From: an uncultured bacterium
GTDB lineage: Bacteria > JAUVQV01 > CAWCAY01
Length of the DNA stretch: 64,000 bases
Direction: 5' to 3'
Assembly (NCBI GenBank): GCA_963793725.1
Contig: CAWCAY010000003.1
Span: 778,496 to 842,495 of the forward strand
Below, in pieces: positions 21,022 through 32,003 of this stretch (positions within the stretch are counted from its first letter, which is position 1; each line of letters begins with the position of its first letter). A program made the position numbers and the translations under genes. The notes below the pieces were generated by a model. It saw only the letters and a list, made by a program, of their open reading frames with translations. It made no database searches and had not been told where the DNA came from.

Positions 21022-22321
21022 GGGGTCCCCTGGTAACGTATCGTAGTTTGTGTCAGGGCAGAGGGGTACCCCTATGATGGTTGTGTCGAGCAACCGGACA
21101 GGGAGGAGGCACCCCATGTCGCTAGGAGCGACGGTGACAAGCCTACCGCAGGCGATGCGGATGATCAAGCGCATGGATTTGCACGGGTATGAGTGGGGCA
21201 CGGAGTATCGGGAAGCGGGACGGGCGGCGATCAAGCGGACACTGGAGGCGGCCATGCGGGGACACGTCGACCGGCACCTGGAGGAGATCGGCCGCTGGGA
21301 GGGTGCGGATCGGCGGAACGGGACCTTCAGCCGTCACCTGCTGACCGAACTGGGCGACATCGAGCTGCAAGTGCCTCGGACGCGGCACTACAGTGCGGTG
21401 GGAGTGCTGCAGGCCTACTCTCGGCGCTCGCCGCAGATCGACCGGATGATCCTGGCCTGCTTTGTGTTGGGGCTGTCGACGCGGAAGGTGGCCCCGGCGT
21501 TGCTGCCGATCCTCGGTGAACGGGTGAGCGCCACGACGGTGAGCCGGGTTGCCCGGGTACTGGACGAGGCGGTAACAGCCTTCCATCGCCGCCGGTTGGA
21601 TGACCGCTACCGGGTGCTCCTCTTCGACGGCGTGGTCCTGGCCCGCCGGACCGGCATGGGAGCCCTCCGCCGTCCGGTCTTGGTCGTGCTGGGCATTCGC
21701 GAGGACCGGCGGAAGGAAGTTATCGACTTCCGGATGGCGCCTGGGGAGAGCGCCGAAGCCTGGGAAGCCTTCCTGCGCGACCTCTACGACCGGGGCCTCC
21801 GGGGAGAGTGCCTGGAACTGGCCTGCGCCGACGGCGGGAAAGGGCTGCGATCAGCCCTCGCCATCGTCTATCCCCGCATGCAACTGCAGCTCTGCTGGGC
21901 CCACAAGACCCGCAACATCACCGACAAGGTCAGGCGGACGGATCGTGACGCCGTGAAGCGAGATGTCCGGCGGATCTACCAGGCCAAGAACCTCCGCCAT
22001 GCACAGTGCGCCGCCCAACGATTCGCGACGACTTGGCAAGCCATCTACCCCGCGGCCGTCGCCTGTCTCCGCGCGGATCTCGAGCACCTGCTGCACTTCC
22101 TCCGGTTCAAGGATGAAGCCTGGCGCAAGGCCACCAGAACCACCAACGCCATCGAACGCAGGTTCAGGGAGGTACGGCGACGGACCAGACCCATGGGTGT
22201 CTTCAGCGACTCAACCAGCATCGAACGCATCCTCTTCGCCGTCTTCACCCACGAGAACACCAAACAACTTACCGGTGCCCCTTGGCTACTGACACAAAAC
22301 TCTTGACGTTACCGGGTCCCC
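21022..22321 (+). mobile_element. IS256-family insertion sequence
   Basis: It has imperfect terminal inverted repeats. The left repeat is ggggtcccctggtaacgtatcgtagtttgtgtcag (21022-21056). The reverse complement of 22289-22321 is ggggacccggtaacgtcaagagttttgtgtcag. The repeats enclose a single transposase gene. No target-site duplication was seen. Confidence 0.8.
21116..22306 (+). CDS. IS256-family (Mutator-type) transposase
   Basis: Taken from ORF 21050..22306. ATG 21116 is preceded by aggagg. Typical blocks are present: YEWGTEYREAGRAA, RNGTFSRHLLTELGDIELQVPRTR, FDGVVLARR, ACADGGKGL, CWAHKTRNI and TTNAIERRFREVRRRTRPMGVF. Confidence 0.9.
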   Translation: MSLGATVTSLPQAMRMIKRMDLHGYEWGTEYREAGRAAIKRTLEAAMRGHVDRHLEEIGRWEGADRRNGTFSRHLLTELGDIELQVPRTRHYSAVGVLQAYSRRSPQIDRMILACFVLGLSTRKVAPALLPILGERVSATTVSRVARVLDEAVTAFHRRRLDDRYRVLLFDGVVLARRTGMGALRRPVLVVLGIREDRRKEVIDFRMAPGESAEAWEAFLRDLYDRGLRGECLELACADGGKGLRSALAIVYPRMQLQLCWAHKTRNITDKVRRTDRDAVKRDVRRIYQAKNLRHAQCAAQRFATTWQAIYPAAVACLRADLEHLLHFLRFKDEAWRKATRTTNAIERRFREVRRRTRPMGVFSDSTSIERILFAVFTHENTKQLTGAPWLLTQNS

Positions 22322-22446
22322 TCGGCCACCAACTGCCCTCCGACGCCGGTGAAGTTGACAATCCGCTCCCCTGGTCAGAGTATAGGTGCCGATACCGGGC
22401 GGACCGGGAATTTCTCAGGCAGTGGGCACAAGGTGGGTGTAGCGTC

Positions 22447-24054
22447 ATGATGAGAACGGGCTTCATCGATGAGCTGATAACGGGCACGCTGAAGAAGAGG
22501 ACCTCGCTGGACGGCACCTTCTACTCGTTGACCTGCATCATAATCATTCGCACTTTCTTCGAGATGCTCTTGGAGTCGGGGCACTCGCTCGAGTTCAACC
22601 CCGACTTCTACCTGAACATGGTTGCGTATAGTCACGGCTACCTCAGCTGGCTGTGCATCTTCACCTCTGCCGGCATCCTGCTGGCGGTGTTCCTGGGGCT
22701 GAGATGGCTGGACGCCATGAAGCTCGTCCTGCTGCTCTCGCCGGTGATCATCCTGGTCCCCCTTTTCGATTTCGTGTTCACTCGCGGCACCGGAGGCCAG
22801 ATACTTTACGGCTTCGACACCGGTTCGTTCCTGCACGTGTACCTGAATTGCTTCAATCCCTTCGTCCAATTGGGCACGGTGACGAGGGGCGTTAGGGTGG
22901 AAGTGCTCATCGTGTTCCTGTCATGTTTCTTCGCCGCATTCTACGTCTTCAGGACGTCTTTCGTTAGAGCCCTGCTCCTGGCTCTCTCGATATACACGAT
23001 GATCTACCTGTACGGGTACCTGCCCGGGCTCTACGGGATGCTGGGGATGGATTTTCACAACCTGTCCGGGAGGACGGTGACCCAGGTAACCAGGTCCCAC
23101 AAGCTCTTCTTCATGTACCTCGCGCCGTTTGCCGCAAATCTCGCCGTGGTGGTGTGGCTGCTCCGCAGGGAGAACAAGGAAAACCTGAAGTCGGCGGTCT
23201 CGTTCCTGTACCCGAGCCGGCTGTTCTTCTACATCCTGCTGCTTGCCTTCGGTTTCCTGTTTGTTGCCGACCAGTCTGGTCTCTACCCGAGGATATGCAA
23301 TGCCGAGGACTGCATGAAGTTCCTGACGGCGGCGATCTCGGTGACCATGCTGTTCGTGTACGCGAAGATCCTGAACGACATCAACGATGTGGAAATCGAC
23401 AGGATTTCCAACAAGGAGAGGCCGATCGCCAGCAACGCCGTCTCGGTGGATTCCGTCCGGCAAATATTGGCCGTGCTTCTCCCCCTGTCGTTCATTTTCG
23501 CGCTGGCCTCCGAGGTGAGCCTGGTGTTCTTCTGGCTCTTTCTGCTGGCCGCTTCGCATGTCTATTCGGCCGGGCCCTTCCGGTTCAGGCGGTACTACCC
23601 GCTGGGGCATCTCGTCCTCTCGGCCATCGGCGCATGCGTATTCCTCGCCGGGGGCGCATTGGTCAAATCATACGACGCGTACCTCGCCCTCCGGCAAAGG
23701 GAAATCCTGGTCTACATCTTTCTGGCGTTCTTCTTCCTGGCCAACATGAAGGACTTCAAGGACATCGATGGGGACAGCGCCGGAGGCGTGATAAACATAC
23801 TGAAGCACATCGGATTTCCGAGAACCATGGGGGTGGTCTTCATGGCCGGGTTTACGCTGATGCTGCTGATGATCCTGCGCGTCCTGGAGACGATGAACGC
23901 GGCTTCGATCGCCGGCTCAACGCTCTTCTCGGCGGGCTGGGCGTCCTACATCGCGACGAGGAAGCATCCGAAAGACATGGAAAAACTGATCGTCCCCGCG
24001 ATGCTCTTCTTGCTCTATGTCGCGGCGCTGTGGCTGTACAAGATCACCTATTGA
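22447..24054 (+). CDS. UbiA-family prenyltransferase domain protein with a long N-terminal polytopic extension
   Basis: Taken from ORF 22282..24054, whose 5' end overlaps the IS; the start is taken at ATG 22447. The first aspartate-rich motif NDINDVEIDRISNKERPIASN appears only after about 300 residues. A second motif, KDFKDIDGD, follows. TM helices occur throughout. Confidence 0.7.
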   Translation: MMRTGFIDELITGTLKKRTSLDGTFYSLTCIIIIRTFFEMLLESGHSLEFNPDFYLNMVAYSHGYLSWLCIFTSAGILLAVFLGLRWLDAMKLVLLLSPVIILVPLFDFVFTRGTGGQILYGFDTGSFLHVYLNCFNPFVQLGTVTRGVRVEVLIVFLSCFFAAFYVFRTSFVRALLLALSIYTMIYLYGYLPGLYGMLGMDFHNLSGRTVTQVTRSHKLFFMYLAPFAANLAVVVWLLRRENKENLKSAVSFLYPSRLFFYILLLAFGFLFVADQSGLYPRICNAEDCMKFLTAAISVTMLFVYAKILNDINDVEIDRISNKERPIASNAVSVDSVRQILAVLLPLSFIFALASEVSLVFFWLFLLAASHVYSAGPFRFRRYYPLGHLVLSAIGACVFLAGGALVKSYDAYLALRQREILVYIFLAFFFLANMKDFKDIDGDSAGGVINILKHIGFPRTMGVVFMAGFTLMLLMILRVLETMNAASIAGSTLFSAGWASYIATRKHPKDMEKLIVPAMLFLLYVAALWLYKITY

Positions 24055-24866
24055 AGGGGCACGCTCAAGCGATCCCTGAGTTCCCTGATCTTCCCCATCA
24101 TGTCCAGCAACTCTTCGGTATTGATGAACGTCCAGGCCTTGTCCATGATTTGCGGGTAGATCTCGCCCAGCGCATAGGCGAACGCATCTCCCTTGGTGTT
24201 GAACACGACGTCACCATTGATCCAAACCACGGGCGTCCATGGATCGCCACTCGACTTTGAAACCCTTTCGACGCCCACCTGATAATTTCTCTCGAAGGTG
24301 CCCAGGTCGAGCTTCTTTATCCACATCTTCTCGCCCGAGAGGGGTTCACGCATCTCGTAGTTCAACCACGCTTCCACGGTCAGCTTGCCGTCCCGCACCG
24401 CGCACAGCATCTGCCTCCCGTTGATACTGTAATAAGCCTCGCCGGCTCCGCCCTTCTCCTCCTCGGTCATCTGAAACAACACGGTTTCGGTGAGGACCAG
24501 GTTCGAGCCCTTCTTGTCGGGATACGGCATCTCGTCCAGGCTCTCGTACGGGCCCTTCGTGGTCATCCCCTTGGCCACCAGTATCTGGTCGAGCCCCGAA
24601 CCAACGCTGTGGGAGAAACTCTTGAGGACCTTCGAATAGAAGTTGGGCAGCTTTTCCCGGTATGCAGGTTCGACGACGCCCACCGTGAAATTCACCGAGG
24701 CCGGAGGCTTGGTATCCGGGATCTGGTACCCCCCGAAAGAGTACTTGGTAAGCGTCGGGGGCATCGGCCTGACGTGCAAGCAGGAAGTGAAGAGGAAGGC
24801 GACAATCGTGACAAGGCAGGAGACAACAATGACAACCGCGGCATACTTGCTGGCCCTATGCATCAT
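24048..24866 (-). CDS. Putative lipoprotein of unknown function
   Basis: Internal start MMHRASKYAAVVIVVSCLVTIVAFLFTSC in ORF 24048..24998 gives a signal or anchor ending in Cys. No recognisable family. It is convergent with the UbiA-like gene and overlaps it by 7 nt. Confidence 0.5.
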   Translation of the reverse strand: MMHRASKYAAVVIVVSCLVTIVAFLFTSCLHVRPMPPTLTKYSFGGYQIPDTKPPASVNFTVGVVEPAYREKLPNFYSKVLKSFSHSVGSGLDQILVAKGMTTKGPYESLDEMPYPDKKGSNLVLTETVLFQMTEEEKGGAGEAYYSINGRQMLCAVRDGKLTVEAWLNYEMREPLSGEKMWIKKLDLGTFERNYQVGVERVSKSSGDPWTPVVWINGDVVFNTKGDAFAYALGEIYPQIMDKAWTFINTEELLDMMGKIRELRDRLSVPLQ

Positions 24867-25018
24867 CAGACGCCTCCCCGGAAGCAACGCACACTTCTCG
24901 ATGAATACTCGTGGCCTGACATCGCCTAGTATGGACAAGTCGTCTCGAAAGTCAAGACGACGTCTTGAGACGACTCCCTCGCTGCGAACTTCCGCCAACC
25001 AGTAGAACCCGTCGGCCG

Positions 25019-26080
25019 TTAGTCAGCAGCCGGCGGCTTCGCTGCTCGGTCGAGGAGTTCGCCGTAGAGGTGGAGGTGGGCGGAGGCCGTTCTTCGGATG
25101 TCGTGCTGGGCCGCCAGTGCCTCGCCCCCGCTGCGCAGCCGGGCTGCCTGCGCCGGATCGGCCAGCAGGCGCCTCACGGTATCGGCCAGCGCCCGGGCGT
25201 TCCCCGGCGGGAAGAGGAGGGCGGTGTTGTCCTCCTCCAGCAATTCGGCCGATCCGCGAATGTCGGCCGCCACCACCGGCAACCCGAAGTGGAAGGCGTC
25301 CAGGATCAGCATCTCGGGCTCCTCCTGGGGCCTGGGGAGGACAAACAGGTCGGCCGCGGCGAACCACCGGTTGGGATCCGGGTCGTGGCTGGAGAGGTGC
25401 AGGACCCCGGCGCTTCCCCGGCGCTCGGTCAGCCGCAGGACCTTCCAGCGCAGCGACCCGTCGCCCACCCAGACGTGGCGGTAGTTGTCGGGCATGCGAA
25501 TCATCGCCTCGGCCAGCGTCAGCGGGTCGTTCGGCTCCTCCAGGGAGCCGATGGTGAGCCCCAGGACCGTGTCGTCGCCGATCCCCAGGCGCGCCCGCAG
25601 GACTGCCCTGTCGGACGGGTCGGCCGTGCGGGTGCGGTCGATGCCCGAGGGGATGCGATCGATCAGTTCGTCGCGGATGCCGGATCGGCGCAGCGCGTCG
25701 GCGACACCGAATGATACGGCTATCACCCGGTCGGCCTGATTGAGCCAGTAGGGGGAGACGGGCAGGTCGAGGCGCCGGGTAGCCACCACGGCCGTGCCGC
25801 CACGGCGGGAGAGGACGGCCAGCGATACGGTGTTGCCGGTGTGGGCGTGGTAGACGGCCGGGGGCGGGATGGAGGTGAGCGGAGTGATCGATGTAAGCGG
25901 GCCGGCCACCCCCTCCGTGACCACGCCCGGCAGCTCCTCGACGGCCTTGAGCAATGGACGCCCCCGGCGACCCACCACCGTCTGCGCCACCCCCCGCGCG
26001 GCCAGTTCGCGCACCAGGAGTTGGACCTGGAGCTCCCCTGCGCGCCAACCTTTCTCCAAGTCGAGGTGGACGACCCGCAC
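25019..26080 (-). CDS. GT4-family (GT-B fold) glycosyltransferase
   Basis: 353-aa ORF. The N-terminus reads MRVVHLDLEKGWRAGELQVQLLVRELAARG. An EX7E-type C-terminal motif, EEPEMLILDAFHFGLPVVAAD, is present. Confidence 0.85.
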   Translation of the reverse strand: MRVVHLDLEKGWRAGELQVQLLVRELAARGVAQTVVGRRGRPLLKAVEELPGVVTEGVAGPLTSITPLTSIPPPAVYHAHTGNTVSLAVLSRRGGTAVVATRRLDLPVSPYWLNQADRVIAVSFGVADALRRSGIRDELIDRIPSGIDRTRTADPSDRAVLRARLGIGDDTVLGLTIGSLEEPNDPLTLAEAMIRMPDNYRHVWVGDGSLRWKVLRLTERRGSAGVLHLSSHDPDPNRWFAAADLFVLPRPQEEPEMLILDAFHFGLPVVAADIRGSAELLEEDNTALLFPPGNARALADTVRRLLADPAQAARLRSGGEALAAQHDIRRTASAHLHLYGELLDRAAKPPAAD

Positions 26081-26092
26081 GGGATTCAGGGC

Positions 26093-27106
26093 CTAGCCTT
26101 CGCGGCGGCCGGCGGCGCGGATGCGTTCAAGCTGCTGCTCGAGATCTGTCATCTCGCGCACCCAGTAGCCGCGGGTGCCGAAGTCCGGGAGCGACGCGCG
26201 ACGGGCCGTCGTCGGCGACCTGGTGGGCGCACCAGGCGACGTAGTGGATGAAGCGCATCGCGCGCAGCGGGCCGATGAGGTCGCAGGGTTCGACGGTCGA
26301 AGCGCCGGAACGTCTCGTAGCCCTCCAGGAAGAGGTCGATCTCGGCCAGGGAGTCGCCCCGGTAGCCCGGGAGCAGCATCCAGAAGTCCTGCACCGGCGG
26401 CCCGACCGACATGTCGTCGAAGTCGATGATGAAGAAGGACTCGCCCGGGCGGTGGATCAGGTTGGCGACGTGGCAGTCGCCGTGGATGGGGATCATCTCG
26501 ACGCCGGCGGAACATCGGCGCCGTCTCTTCGATGAGCGTGCCGGCCAGCGCCTTGAATCGCCCCGCAGGTCGGCGTGGATGAAGCCGCCGGCGAGGATGT
26601 AGTCGACCTGGGCGCGCGTCGATCGGTCGGGGGCCAGGGTGATCCGGTCACGCGGCCGGAGCGTGGCCCCGACCGCGTGGACGCGCCCCAGGAGCCGTCC
26701 AAGCTCCAGCCACTGGTCGTCGGTGTACTCGTCCAGGACGCGGCCGCTCTTCTTGGGGTAAACGGCGAAGTGAATTCCCCCGTGGCACCCGAGCGTCCCG
26801 CCGCTCGTGCAGCGGCAGCGGCGCGATGACGGGGACCTCGGCCTCGACCAGCTTCCCCATGAACTCGTGCTCGTCGAGCAGGGCCTCCCTCGACCAGCGC
26901 CCCGGCCGGTAGAACTTGGCCACCAGCCCGCCGCCGTCCTCGCGCTCGAGCTCGTACACCCGGTTGATGTAGCTGTTGAGCTGGTAGAACCGGTTGGTGC
27001 AGCGCACCCCGAGCGCCTTCTCGACGACGCCGATCACCGTGTCGGGGGTGAGCGCGTGGAATGCCGTCCGCCCGTCCCGTCTGCCGCCGTCTTCTTCCAT
27101 CGTCAT
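26093..27106 (-). pseudogene. SrkA/YihE-like protein kinase (aminoglycoside phosphotransferase fold), about 5 frame changes
   Basis: The start MTMEEDGG has an ATGA overlap with the uvrA stop at 27103-27106. The pieces in different frames, in order, are: [34 protein letters not shown]; [34 protein letters not shown]; RFKALAGTLIEETAPMF; MIPIHGDCHVANLIHRPGESFFIIDFDDMSVGPPVQDFWMLL; LIGPLRAMRFIHYVAWCA; and DFGTRGYWVREMTDLEQQL. Confidence 0.7.
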
Positions 27107-29938
27107 GTCCGCCTCCCTGCTTCTTTCAGGACCGGCGCAAGGAAGCGGCCGGTGTGGCTCTTCTTCGACTTGGCGATTTGTTCGGGCGTTCCCTCGGCCA
27201 CCAGCCGGCCGCCGGCGTCGCCCCCCTCCGGCCCCAGGTCGATCACCCAGTCGGCCGACTTGATGACGTCCAGGTTGTGCTCGATCACCAGCACCGTGTT
27301 GCCGTGGTCGACCAGCCGCTGCAGCACCGTCAGCAGCTTGCGGATGTCGTCGAAGTGGAGCCCGGTGGTCGGCTCGTCGAGGATGTACAGCGTCCGCCCC
27401 GTCTCGCGGCGCGACAGCTCCTTCGACAGCTTGACCCGCTGCGCCTCGCCTCCGGAGAGCTGCGTGGCCGGCTGCCCCAGCGTGATGTAGCCGAGGCCGA
27501 CGTCGTTGAGCGTCTCCAGCTTGTGGCGGAGCATCGGCACCCTCTCGAAGAAGTCGAGCGCCTCGCGCACGGTCATGTCGAGCACGTCGGTGATGCTCTT
27601 GCCGCGGTACAGCACCTCCAGCGTCTCGCGGTTGTAGCGCTTCCCCTTGCAGACGTCGCAGGTGACGTAGACATCGGGCAGGAAGTGCATCTCGATCTTG
27701 ATGATGCCGTCCCCCTGGCACGACTCGCACCGCCCCCCCTTGACGTTGAACGAGAAGCGGCCGGCCTTGTAGCCCCGGGCGCGCGACTCGGGCAGCGCGG
27801 CGAAGAGGTCGCGGATGGGCGAGAAGAGGCCGGTGTAGGTGGCCGGGTTCGAGCGCGGTGTGCGGCCGATAGGGCTCTGGTCGATGTCGACCACCTTGTC
27901 GATCAGGTCCAGCCCGTCGATGCCGGCGCACTTCCCGGGGCGCACCTGGGCCTGGTAGAAGTGGCGGGCCAGCGCGGCGTAAAGGATGTCGACCACCAGC
28001 GTGCTCTTGCCCGAGCCGGAGACGCCGGTGACGGCCACCAGGCGCCCGAGCGGGAAGGAGACATCGATCCCCTTCAGGTTGTTCTGGGCCGCACCGAGGA
28101 TGGTCAGCAGCTGGTCGGTCTTCGGGCGGCGCTTCTTCGGCAGCGGGATCGCCTCGGCGCCGGACAGGTAGCGGCCGGTGAGCGATTCCGGGTTGGCGGT
28201 CACCTCGGCCGGGGTCCCGGCGGCCACCAGGCGCCCGCCGTGCACCCCCGCCCCGGGTCCCAGGTCGATCAGGTAGTCGGCCGCCCGCATGGTCGCCTCG
28301 TCGTGCTCGACCACCAACACGGTGTTGCCGAGGTCGCGCAAGTCGACCAGCGTCTTCAGCAGCCGGTCGGTGTCGCGCTGGTGGAGGCCGATCGACGGCT
28401 CGTCGAGCACGTACAGCACGCCCACAAGGCGCGAGCCGATCTGCGTGGCCAGCCTGATCCGCTGCCCCTCGCCGCCGGCCAGGCTGCCCGACGAGCGGTC
28501 GAGGGTCAGGTAATCGAGGCCGACGTTGGCCAGGAACGATAGCCGCTCGTTGATCTCCTTGAGTATCCGGCGGGCGATCTCCTCCCGGCGCGCGTCCAGG
28601 GCCAGGCTGCCGAAAGCCTCCAGCGCGCTGCGGACGCTCATGGCCGAGTAGTCGGCGACGCTCCGGCCGCCGACCTTGACCGCCAGGCTCTCGGGCTTCA
28701 GCCGCAGCCCGCCGCAGGAGCGGCACGGGTTGACGCTCATGTACTGCTGGATCTCCTCCTTCATCCCCGGCGAGGTGCTCTCGCGGTAGCGGCGCTCCAG
28801 CGTCGGGATGACCCCCTCGAACGGGCGGCGTATCGTGAACGAGCCCCGCTCGGAGACGTACTTGAACAGCAGTTCCTCCTTGCCCGAGCCGTACAGGATC
28901 AGGTCGCGCACCTTCTTCGGCAGACCGGCGAAGGGGACGGTCATCGAGAACCCGTAGTGCTCGGCCAGTGACCGGATCGTCTCGAAGAACATCATGCTGG
29001 TCTTGCGCGCCCACGGTGCCACCGCCCCCTCGCGCAGCGACTTGGCCGGCTCGGGGACGACCAGGTCGGGGTCGAAGTTCATGATGCTGCCGAGGCCGTC
29101 GCAGTCGGGGCAGGCGCCGAAGGGGCTGTTGAACGAGAAGAGGCGAGGGCTGAGCTCCGGCACCGACACGCCGCACAGCGGGCAGCCCATCTTCTCGCTG
29201 AAGGTCATCTGCTCGCCTGACGCCCGGCGGACGACGGCCAGCCCGTCGGCCAGGCCCAGGGCCGTCTCGAGCGAGTCGGCCAGCCTCCCCTCGAGCCCGG
29301 GGCGCACGGCGATCCGGTCGACCACCACCGAGACGTCGTGCTTGTGACTTCTTGTCCAGCGCGATCTCCTCGTCGAGCGACCGGACCGCCCCGTCGACCT
29401 CCACGCGGGTGAAGCCCTTCCGGCGCAGGTCGTCGAACAGCTTGCCGTACTCCCCCTTGCGCCCGCGCACCACCGGGGCGAGCAGCAGCACCTTCTCCCC
29501 CTCCGGCAGCCCCAGCACCTGGTCGGCCATCTGCTGCACCGTCTGGGCGGCGATCGGCCGGCCGCATTTCCAGCAGAAGGGCTCGCCGATCCGGGCGAAC
29601 AGCAGGCGCAGGTAGTCGTGGATCTCGGTCACCGTGCCGACGGTCGAGCGGGGGTTGCGGCTGACCGTCTTCTGCTCGATCGAGATGGCCGGGGAGAGCC
29701 CCTCGATGACGTCCACGTCGGGCTTCTCCATCAGCTCCAGGAACTGCCGGGCGTAGGCCGACAGCGACTCGACGTAGCGGCGCTGCCCCTCGGCGTAGAT
29801 GGTGTCGAAGGCCAGACTGGACTTGCCCGAGCCGGAGACGCCGGTGATGATCACCAGCCGGTTGCGCGGGATCTCGATGTCGAGATCCTTCAGGTTGTGC
29901 TCGCGCGCCCCGCGTATGACGATGCTGCCGTGGTCCAT
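27103..29938 (-). CDS. uvrA: Excinuclease ABC subunit A (UvrA), single 1-nt frame disruption near 29347
   Basis: The N-terminus comes from ORF 26648..29938: [66 protein letters not shown]. The rest is ORF 27103..29328 ([11 protein letters not shown]...), with both ABC modules and zinc-finger cysteines intact. The junction is LDKK(S)/[11 protein letters not shown]. The total length of 2836 nt equals 3n+1. Confidence 0.95.
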
Positions 29939-29944
29939 GTCGAT

Positions 29945-30922
29945 CTACCCCCGGTAGTGGCAGGAGAGGAGGCGCCCCGGGGCCAGCGGGCGCAGGGGCG
30001 GATAGGTCTCGTCGCAGCCGGCCCCGCGGATCGGGCAGCGGGGGTGGAAGTGGCAGCCGGGCGGCGGGTCGACCGGGCTCGGCAGTTCGCCGCCGAGGAC
30101 GATCCTCGGGCGGTCGGCGTCGAGCGTCGGCGCGGCCGAGATCAGCGCCTCGGTGTAAGGGTGGAGGGGCGAGCCGAACAGCTCCGCGGTCGGCCCCTCC
30201 TCGACTATCCTTCCCAGGTACATGATCGCCGTCCGGTGGCTGATGTGCCGGACCACCGACAGGTCGTGCGAGATGAACAGGTAGGCCATGCCGCGCTCGT
30301 CGCGCAGGTCGATCAACAGGTTCAGTATCTGGGCCTGGATCGACACGTCGAGCGACGAAACCGGCTCGTCGGCTACGACCAGCATCGGGTCGAGGGCCAG
30401 CGCGCGGGCGATGCCGATCCGCTGGCGCTGGCCGCCGGAGAACTCGTGCGGGTAGCGGTCGGCGTCGTCGGGCGCCAGGCCGACCCGCACCGAGCAGGGC
30501 GGCGGCGCGTTCATTCGCCTCGCGGCCCTTGGCCAGCCGGTGGATGATGAACGGTTCGGCCAGGATGGCCCCGACGGTCATGCGCGGGTTGAGCGACGAG
30601 TAGGGGTCCTGGAAGATCGCCTGGATGCGCCGGTGGAGCCCCGGGTTTGGGCGCCCGTCGCCGGGGAAGATCTCCCGCCCGTCGAAGTCGATGCGGCCCC
30701 GGTCGGGGGCGTAGAGCCCCAGCAGCAGGCGCCCCAGGGTGGTCTTGCCGCAGCCCGACTCGCCCACCAGCCCCAGCGTCTCGCCCCGGCCGACCCGGAG
30801 GTCCACCCCGTCGACCGCCCGGAGCCGCCGGTGGTTTCGCCCGCCGCCGATGCGGAAGTGCCGCGACCAGCGCCCTCGGCAGCCAGCAGGGTGTCCGCGA
30901 AAGCCGGCGCCGGTGTTGCCAT
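29945..30922 (-). pseudogene. Opp/Dpp-type oligopeptide ABC transporter ATP-binding protein (F-type), two compensating frame changes
   Basis: ATG 30922 overlaps the upstream stop (TGATG). The pieces are: [17 protein letters not shown]; then [60 protein letters not shown] in another frame; then [48 protein letters not shown] in the start frame. The shifts lie near 30858-30878 and 30483-30486. Confidence 0.8.
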
Positions 30923-31909
30923 CACGGGGCCACCCAGCAACGCGCCGTGCGCCCGGGGGTCTTCTCCTCCTCCGGGGGCGCCTGCCGGCCGCAGATGTCG
31001 GCCCGGCGGGGGCAGCGCGGCTCGAAGGCGCAGCCCGGGGGGGAGGTCGCCCAGGTCGGGGACGGTGCCGGGGATCGAGCGCAGGCGCCCGGCCGGGCCG
31101 CCGGCGCGCGACGGGAGCGACGCCAGCAGGCCCTCGGTGTACGGGTGCCAGGGACTCCGCAGGACGTCCGCGGCCGGGCCCCGCTCGACGATCCGCCCGG
31201 CGTACATGATGGCCACCTCCCGGGCGATCCGGGCCAGCACGCCCAGGTCGTGGGTGATGAACAGCGTGGCCATACCCGTCTCCTGCTGCAGCCGGTCGAT
31301 CAGGTCGAGGATCTGGGCCTGGATGGTCACGTCGAGGGCCGTGGTCGGCTCGTCGGCGATCAGCACTCGCGGCTCGCCGGCCAGGGCCATGGCGATCATC
31401 ACCCGCTGGCGCATGCCGCCCGAGAGGCGGTGGGGGTACTCGCCGTGGCGGCGCCCGGGGTCGGGGATGCCGACCCGGGTCGAAGAGGTCGATCGTCCGC
31501 TCCCGCGCCTCCCGCCCGCCGATCCCGCAGGTGGAGGCGCAGCACCTCGTCGACCTGGTGGCCGGCGGTGAAGACCGGGTTGAGGGAGGTCATCGGCTCC
31601 TGGAAGACCATCGACACCAGCCGGCCGCGCACGCGGCGCATCTCCGATTCGGGGAGCGACAGGAGGTCGCGCCCGTCGAGCAGGGCCCTTCCCGACTCGA
31701 TCCGGCCGGGAGGGTCGGGGACCAGGCGCATCAGCGACAGCGAGGTGACGCTCTTGCCGCGAGCCCGACTCGCCGGCCAGCCCGAGGATCCGGCCGGGGT
31801 GGAGGGAGAAGGAGACGTCGTCGACCGCGCGGACGGTCCGGCCCGGGAAGGCGGAGGAGCTCGTCCGGAGGGACTCGACGCGCAGGACCGGTTCAGCCGC
31901 TGCCTGCAT
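30922..31909 (-). pseudogene. Opp/Dpp-type oligopeptide ABC transporter ATP-binding protein (D-type), four frame changes
   Basis: The pieces, in order, are: [25 protein letters not shown] / [45 protein letters not shown] / [16 protein letters not shown] / [65 protein letters not shown] / [19 protein letters not shown] stop. The shifts lie near 31759, 31528, 31478 and in G7 at 31037-31043. Confidence 0.8.
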
Positions 31910-32003
31910 CGCCGGATCACTGGCTCCGGAGGAGAAGGAACGGCCGGGGAGTTCGTTCCCCGGCCGGTCGGTTGAGGGCCGTCGCCGACGGCCGACATCA
32001 ACC

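Noticed and set aside
16651-21036. Long plus-strand ORFs 16651..18477 (608 aa) and 19318..21036 (572 aa)
   Set aside because: They are antisense shadows of the GT2-methyltransferase and GT-C genes. Their translations are dominated by R, G, P, D, E and Q runs with no motifs, while the minus-strand frames carry clear GT2, methyltransferase and TM signatures. The same reasoning rejects 5207..6412(+), 8535..9512(-), 12628..13713(-), 33375..34583(-), 41687..43126(+), 39154..40245(-), 59338..60135(-) and 60975..62021(-).
21014-22329. Target-site duplication flanking the IS256 element
   Set aside because: The 8-9 nt outside the inverted repeats (aatggttc on the left, tcggccac on the right) do not match. 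No duplication can be claimed, and the exact element ends are therefore slightly uncertain.
26648-29938. 1096-aa ORF that looks like a giant UvrA-kinase fusion
   Set aside because: Only its first 200 or so codons (UvrA N-terminus) and its last 130 or so codons (kinase N-terminus) are protein-like. The middle is the wrong frame of uvrA. The real uvrA body is ORF 27103..29328, and its stop overlaps the kinase start.
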